The position numbers and the translations under genes were made by a program. Shown here piece after piece: positions 15,200-20,000 of a stretch of 20,000 nt of DNA. Position 1 is the stretch's first letter, and the number at the start of each line of letters is the position of its first letter. The notes beneath the pieces were generated by a model, which saw only the letters and a program-made list of their open reading frames with translations, was not told where the DNA came from and did not search any database. Location: IMG/VR virus record IMGVR_UViG_3300008107_000530; one strand, given 5' to 3'. Origin of the DNA: an uncultured virus (IMG/VR IMGVR_UViG_3300008107_000530) (taxonomy: Duplodnaviria; Heunggongvirae; Uroviricota; Caudoviricetes).

Positions 15200-18100
15200 G
15201 TGGTCGTCAATGCCTGTAGGGTTGAGTTAGGAAGACGGGTGTTGTAGTAGCCGATGCGGCGGATGGTGCCGTTTAAATTGCTAGAACCATTGAAAGCACT
15301 ACCAATGTTTAGTTTGTTAACTGGAGGTATTGCTCCAGATGTATCAGTGGCTGGTGTCGCTCCATTTAGTGATGCAGCAAAATCATTTTGCTTGTATGCC
15401 GCTGCAATCTTTGTCAAAGACGTTGGAGAGCCACTAGATGAAAGTTGGGCTTGAGGAACACCCCCAACGTACACCCATTCTGTGTAAATAGTAGATGGTC
15501 CAGCGAAACTTTGGATTACGTTTGCCGACGTTCCATCACTCAATTCGTAATACCTGTTTGTAGTGGTTCCTGCATATGCAGTCGCCTCAGCACTCAACGT
15601 CCCCTGATTCGGGTTATACCAAGCGTAGAAGTTGTCCCCCAGCATGCTTGCCGAGTCAGCGTTTCGCGTGACCTGAGAGGCTACAGTGGGGATGTAGCTG
15701 GTGGCGAAGGAGCCGGCTTCTAGTTGAGCGCCCCAGATGAAGATGCCAGAAGTGCCGTTGCCAGTTGTTGCTACCGTGTCTACAGGCAATATGCCGGACC
15801 TAATCGAAGTATCAGTGTCAGATGTAACAATAAAAATGCAGCGATACCAACCGTTGCCAACAGACTCAATTGATGCCGTTGCTCCAGAAAAACCGCTCCC
15901 AAATGTTGTAAGTGAACTATAGGTGCCTGTAGCAAGGTTAAACGTGCATCTTCCGCCATTACTTCCGGCCCCGTTTGCCATGAACAGCATGACGCTGTTG
16001 AACTCGGCGGCTTTGGCAAAGACACTTTCGGTGTACGTTATTGAAGTTGCGGCTTTTGAAGGTTGTTGACGCACCCCCGCGCCCGTTAATGCTCCAAGTT
16101 GAACCCCATTTGCAATGATAATTTTGTCCGCAGTTGTTGCCCCGTCTGGTGCAATCGCGGAATTGGTATTGAATGATGCAGAGGTATTAATCCAAGCCGC
16201 ATTACTGAAATCTTCGCTATACGTCACCAAGTTCGTCCGCTGCTCCTCAATCAGCAAGCCCTTTGCAGTGGCGGTGTAACCGGTGACTTCTTTGACGGAG
16301 ATGTTGGAGACAACCGCAGTCGTTGTTGAAAGACGAGCACGAACACCAATAGCCCCAGTTCCAGTTGCGTAGACCAACTGTCGGTACACACCGTTTCCGG
16401 TTGCTACAAGTCCGATTGAGTTACCGGCATTTGTAAAACTTACTCCGCCAGCCCCTGAATACCCCGATACAGTAAACTCAGCGATATACCCGACACCGAC
16501 AACTACAGTTCCTGTATTAGCTGCCGCATCTGTAGCAGGAGATGCAGAAAAAGTTACTACTCCACCGCTTTGACTCACGCCTGTGCCCGACACCGACCAA
16601 GATGAGGTAATAAGCTCACTCCCCAACACCGGAAGCCCGGTCGGGTCATAGTCGAACCTCGGGCCGTAGTACGCCGTACTCGCCGCCGCTGCCTGTGGGT
16701 TGTAAACGTAAGGGTCTACGCTGGCAGAGTTGGAAAGCTGGAAGTCACTGACGTAGATGCCACTGGTGCCGTCGCCGGTGTAGCTGGTGCCTGTGGTTGC
16801 GTTGTCGTTAATGCCAATATAAGCCGTAGAAGACGTAACAATCGTCACAGTGTTGCCCACACGGCAGCGATACCAGCCATTGCCGACACTTTCGATTGAA
16901 AAGATCAACCCACCATTGCTGGAATAGGTCTGTGCCCCTGTCTCAAGGTCAAAAATAACGTAGCCTGAACTGCCGCCCCAAGCGCCGGGAAAGCCAACAC
17001 GCACATACCTTTTTTCGCCTTGTTTGGCGTAGACCGAGAGCGTGTAAGGCGTGTTCGCGGTAGGCGTGAAAGTCGGGGTGCGAATCTCATGTTGTGTGCT
17101 GGTCGCCGTATCCTCAACCAGCTTCCTACCCGTCAGCGTACCGTCCCAGTTCACATACCGCGTCGGTGCCGCTGCACTGGTGGTCTGCGTGTAGTCTCCT
17201 GCGGTGCTGCCTTGGACGAGTTGAGCGCCCCAGATGAACAGACCGTCTGTGCCGTTGCCTGTAAAACTCTCTCCGCGCACCGCCGTCGAGCTAGTGACTA
17301 CCCCAATCCGAATGGCCGTAGAACCTGCGGCAAATGTCTTTGTCCCTGTGCAGCGATACCACCCGTTGCCCACAGATGTAATCGCGCCCGTATAACCCAA
17401 TGAAGAACCTACCTGCTCCGTCAAGAGATTGAAATTAACAAAGTCTGTCGTGAGGCCATCGAAAATCTGCACTGCACTGTATTCGCCAGCTTTTGCGTAG
17501 AAACTAAACGAGTGCGCTAAGTTCGGAAAAACATATGTCTGCTGCGCCGCGTGAAACCCAGCAACAGCGTTTGGAATAAATTTGTCTGCCGTTAAAGTGC
17601 CATCAGGCGCAACAATCGTATTTGCGCTAACCGTTATCCCACCGTCAATGGTCTTCACCCAAGCCGCATTATCAAAATCCTGACTCCATGTCAGCAAGTT
17701 CTGCTGCACATACGAGTTGCTCTTGGTCCACGCTGCGTTCTCAGGCTCCTGAGTGAAGCCAAGCAGGTTCTTGGGCGTGGTGGGGTTGTACGCCGGGGGC
17801 AGGTAAATGCTGCTCGTCGTGGCTACGTAGGGCAGGGCTACAGAGCCGGTGTTGAGTTGAGCGCCCCAGATGTAAACAGAAGTGACTGCCGCAAATGTCG
17901 GGTTTCTTGTAGCCGTACCTGAATCCACAGGAACCACAATAAACGTGGCACTTGAGCTTGTAAGCACCGTAGTCATCACTGCTACACAGCGATACCAGCC
18001 GTTGCCTACGCTAGTGATTGTTGCCGTTGCGGAACTACCAACAGCCGACACAACACCAGTTTGCAAATTGAAGTTTGCGTAATGGTTTGCGCTCCCTGCC

Positions 18101-19026
18101 GTCAAGTTTGTGGTGATCTGCAAAAAGTTGGTAGCCCCTGCTTTTGCATAGACACTGAACGCATACGTGGTGGTGGCAGCTAACGTAGGTGAAGCAGAAA
18201 CAATGTGTTGGTTTGATAGTCCATCAGAAGTTAACGTATCCGCAGTAGTTGTGCCGTCTGGAGCTACTACGGAATTTGCCGCCACCGTTGCGGCGGATGG
18301 CGTCCAAGCCGCATTCGTGAAATCCTCACTCCATGTCAGCAGATTGACCGGAGCGTTGGCGATGTTGAGTTGGGCTCCCCAGAGGAAGAGACCGCTGGTT
18401 CCGTTGCCGATGTAGTTTATTGTGCTCCCGGTTGAAACCAAACCCACTTGCACTCCGCCAGAGGCGGTCGATGCCGCCAAAACGGTTAGAGAGACTCGGT
18501 AAAAGCCATTACCGGCGGGCGTAACTGAAACAGTGACAGAACCCGTTGAGGATACAACTTCCCCGGTACTAAAGTCTACATTAGCAGTAAAAGCAGTCAG
18601 CGTAGCGTTTGAACGCTCAAACCAAAGTCTTGTACGTTCTGCGGCTTTAACGTAAGCAGAAAAAGTATAAGAAACGCCAGAAGTTAAACTAGCGTTTTGG
18701 GCAGTTACATGCACGCCCGTTGATGTGTCTTCTACGAGTTTGTCTGCCGTAGTTGCTCCATCTGGTGCCACCGTAGCATTTGCGGTTACTGTAGCCCCGA
18801 CTTTAATCCAAGCCGCAGCCTCAAAGTCCTCCGAGTTCGTCAGCAGGTTGTGCGGCGCATAGGCCACCCGTCCGTTACTGTCCGTCAGCGTGGCGTTGGT
18901 GCCTCGGGAGAAGGTGACCGTGGAAGGCAGGAGTCCCGTACCTACGAAATCAAGGTACAGCGATGGGCTCAGCCCACCGCCAGAGGTCAACCTGCGCGGA
19001 AACCCAAACCCGAAGCCAAACGACAT
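15196..19026 (-). CDS. Head-spike fibre protein (RcGTA Rcc01080-like anchor), 1276 aa, multi-domain
   Basis: N-terminal MSFGFGFGF resembles the G-hydrophobic anchor of the RcGTA head fibre (MIALGLGLGL). Directly follows the spike-base gene. Five NL(L/V)..S/T.D/E...AAW...DG..T..(K)...GNG(W/F)YR...(GA/DF)QL domains and a C-terminal ConA/LamG-like domain. Confidence 0.8.
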   Translation of the reverse strand: MSFGFGFGFPRRLTSGGGLSPSLYLDFVGTGLLPSTVTFSRGTNATLTDSNGRVAYAPHNLLTNSEDFEAAAWIKVGATVTANATVAPDGATTADKLVEDTSTGVHVTAQNASLTSGVSYTFSAYVKAAERTRLWFERSNATLTAFTANVDFSTGEVVSSTGSVTVSVTPAGNGFYRVSLTVLAASTASGGVQVGLVSTGSTINYIGNGTSGLFLWGAQLNIANAPVNLLTWSEDFTNAAWTPSAATVAANSVVAPDGTTTADTLTSDGLSNQHIVSASPTLAATTTYAFSVYAKAGATNFLQITTNLTAGSANHYANFNLQTGVVSAVGSSATATITSVGNGWYRCVAVMTTVLTSSSATFIVVPVDSGTATRNPTFAAVTSVYIWGAQLNTGSVALPYVATTSSIYLPPAYNPTTPKNLLGFTQEPENAAWTKSNSYVQQNLLTWSQDFDNAAWVKTIDGGITVSANTIVAPDGTLTADKFIPNAVAGFHAAQQTYVFPNLAHSFSFYAKAGEYSAVQIFDGLTTDFVNFNLLTEQVGSSLGYTGAITSVGNGWYRCTGTKTFAAGSTAIRIGVVTSSTAVRGESFTGNGTDGLFIWGAQLVQGSTAGDYTQTTSAAAPTRYVNWDGTLTGRKLVEDTATSTQHEIRTPTFTPTANTPYTLSVYAKQGEKRYVRVGFPGAWGGSSGYVIFDLETGAQTYSSNGGLIFSIESVGNGWYRCRVGNTVTIVTSSTAYIGINDNATTGTSYTGDGTSGIYVSDFQLSNSASVDPYVYNPQAAAASTAYYGPRFDYDPTGLPVLGSELITSSWSVSGTGVSQSGGVVTFSASPATDAAANTGTVVVGVGYIAEFTVSGYSGAGGVSFTNAGNSIGLVATGNGVYRQLVYATGTGAIGVRARLSTTTAVVSNISVKEVTGYTATAKGLLIEEQRTNLVTYSEDFSNAAWINTSASFNTNSAIAPDGATTADKIIIANGVQLGALTGAGVRQQPSKAATSITYTESVFAKAAEFNSVMLFMANGAGSNGGRCTFNLATGTYSSLTTFGSGFSGATASIESVGNGWYRCIFIVTSDTDTSIRSGILPVDTVATTGNGTSGIFIWGAQLEAGSFATSYIPTVASQVTRNADSASMLGDNFYAWYNPNQGTLSAEATAYAGTTTNRYYELSDGTSANVIQSFAGPSTIYTEWVYVGGVPQAQLSSSGSPTSLTKIAAAYKQNDFAASLNGATPATDTSGAIPPVNKLNIGSAFNGSSNLNGTIRRIGYYNTRLPNSTLQALTTT

Positions 19027-19280
19027 CAGAACACCCTGGTCATCGACGTAGCGGTCGTGTTCGTTGCGAACACCTTGATCACCTGCACCGGGAGAACACT
19101 GCCACCCAGCACACTGGTGAACGTCACATCACTGCCCTGAGCAGTCAACACACGCACGTTCCCCGCACCGCCCACGTAGATCACGCTGGGGGTAGAGAAG
19201 TTAACGGTGTCGCTCGTGGTCACAGCAGCCGCGTCCCCAGGGTACATGGGAAACGTCGGAGAGTAATTGGTTTTTGCCAT
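19026..19280 (-). CDS. Head-spike base protein (RcGTA Rcc01079-like, 84 aa)
   Basis: A.AVT.SD......IYVG.AG.V.V....G..VTF.....G.VLPVQV.KV.AT.TTAT matches the family pattern. TGATG-coupled to the fibre gene. Confidence 0.8.
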   Translation of the reverse strand: MAKTNYSPTFPMYPGDAAAVTTSDTVNFSTPSVIYVGGAGNVRVLTAQGSDVTFTSVLGGSVLPVQVIKVFATNTTATSMTRVF

Positions 19281-19289
19281 GCGGCCCCC

Positions 19290-19314
19290 AAAAGACTACC
19301 CCGCCGAAGCGGGG
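19290..19314 (-). terminator. GC hairpin with UUCG tetraloop and imperfect U-tract; likely partial intrinsic terminator
   Basis: Minus strand reads CCCCGC-TTCG-GCGGGG-TAGTCTTTT, in the intergenic gap after the decoration gene. Confidence 0.6.
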
Positions 19315-19323
19315 CTGGGTTCA

Positions 19324-19803
19324 TCAGTTCTGGAACGTGGTCGGGTTCTGAGCGCCGTCCGGAGCACGCTGGATGTAAGTCACCGTCACGATGAACCGAC
19401 CCTGCGTGGTTGCCAGAGTACCGATGGCGTTGCGGATATAGATCGTCGTATCACCCGTGGTGGAGGTCTGCCATGCCAACTGCGTAGCAGTGGTGGTTGT
19501 GCCCCGGAAACGCCCGCCAGCAGTCGTGGCAACACCCGCCATCAACTCCGCACCACCAGAGGTGGTACCCACAGAAATCGTAAACGTGGAGGTGGCCGTG
19601 GGGACTTGAACCTGATCCACCACGATGTCGTAAATTTGCGAGCCCTGCGGGATGACGAACGCCGTCACATCCACGTTGCCCGTAGCGGCAGACACAGTGC
19701 CCGAGTCATACGACTGAGCCAAGGTGACCAAGCCGGTGTTGCGGCCAGGGTTGTAACGGTTTGTGCCCACGCGAACCGGGCCAGAGAAGGTAGCGAAGCT
19801 CAT
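19324..19803 (-). CDS. Putative capsid decoration/cement protein (159 aa)
   Basis: M..ATFSGPVR.G start; jelly-roll-like pattern IP.GSQI.DI.VD / ISVGT..G / G...VTVTY.Q. GAGGA SD, and it lies directly upstream of the spike genes. Confidence 0.65.
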   Translation of the reverse strand: MSFATFSGPVRVGTNRYNPGRNTGLVTLAQSYDSGTVSAATGNVDVTAFVIPQGSQIYDIVVDQVQVPTATSTFTISVGTTSGGAELMAGVATTAGGRFRGTTTTATQLAWQTSTTGDTTIYIRNAIGTLATTQGRFIVTVTYIQRAPDGAQNPTTFQN

Positions 19804-19809
19804 GATTTG

Positions 19810-19880
19810 TCCTCAATCTGCTCTTGCCGTCTCTGAGGAGAAGTCCGCCTAGTCGGTCGGCAAGCGTGAAGGTCTAGGTT
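19810..19880 (-). ncRNA. Candidate structured cis-regulatory 5' leader (double pseudoknot, sequesters SD)
   Basis: Complementary pairs: CCUAG(19878-19874)/CUAGG(19852-19848); CUUGCCG(19864-19858)/CGGCAAG(19829-19823); CCG/CGG; UCCUCA(19839-19834)/UGAGGA(19815-19810, the SD). Confidence 0.6.
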
Positions 19881-19886
19881 TGTAGC

Positions 19887-19915
19887 AGGGTAGCATAGCG
19901 GGGTGGGGGAGTCAA
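19887..19915 (-). promoter_or_regulatory. Sigma70-type promoter with extended -10
   Basis: Minus strand TTGACT (19915-19910), 17-nt spacer ending TGC, then TACCCT (19892-19887). Predicted TSS is about 19880. Confidence 0.65.
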
Positions 19916-20000
19916 GCCCTCCAGACCCACCTCTTCTTGCCACAGTCATACAGCCTCCGGCACCCCATCAAGAATGTCATCTCGGATTCAGATCGCGCGT
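19912..20000 (-). CDS. C-terminal fragment of probable Hef-like free-standing homing endonuclease
   Basis: Translates ...ARSESEMTFLMGCRRLYDCGKKRWVWRA*, matching the (T/S)E.E.....G..R(I/L)YDCG....W C-terminal signature of Hef-like phage endonucleases. Only 28 residues are visible. Confidence 0.55.
   Translation of the reverse strand, partial: ARSESEMTFLMGCRRLYDCGKKRWVWRA

Noticed and set aside
15196..19026. Diversity-generating retroelement target or invertible shufflon
   Set aside because: No reverse transcriptase or invertase in the window, no ~100-nt TR/VR pair differing at adenines, and the repeats are direct rather than inverted. A remote TR cannot be excluded.
2946..19836. Numerous plus-strand ORFs of 60-250 aa in the track
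   Set aside because: All are antisense to well-supported, translationally coupled minus-strand genes and show no recognisable motifs.
19810..19880. HDV-like/theta ribozyme identity for the leader
   Set aside because: The strand order of the helices differs from the HDV P1-P2-P3-P1.1-P4 topology, and no adjacent tRNA is seen.
1..20000. Stop-codon reassignment (no called gene ends in TAG)
   Set aside because: All genes are intact and tile tightly under code 11, with no in-frame TAG interruptions; TAG is normally the rarest stop.

Overview
The window is a densely packed, entirely minus-strand virion-morphogenesis operon of a tailed dsDNA phage. It looks podovirus-like because it has adaptor and nozzle genes and no tape-measure or sheath gene in view. 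Reading in transcription order (right to left): the 3' end of a probable Hef-like homing endonuclease; a sigma70-type promoter and a highly structured, pseudoknotted 5' leader; a putative capsid decoration protein; an RcGTA-like head-spike base plus a very long (1276 aa) head-spike fibre built from nested domain insertions; a cluster of small Lys/Arg-rich proteins sharing [FYMHR]xxGG and RGxGxxx(R/K)GxTKG motifs; two paralogous adaptor/neck proteins; tail fibre and tailspike genes; a lysis cassette (membrane protein, holin-like protein, GH24 lysozyme); a tail nozzle; a fibre/needle-like protein; and a >=889-aa ORF that the ORF track misses and that runs off the left edge. This last ORF is a probable ejection/internal protein with Pro/Thr/Ala tandem repeats, a Gly/Ala hydrophobic region and a TonB-box-like motif. 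All family assignments come from recognising motifs by eye; no searches were run.
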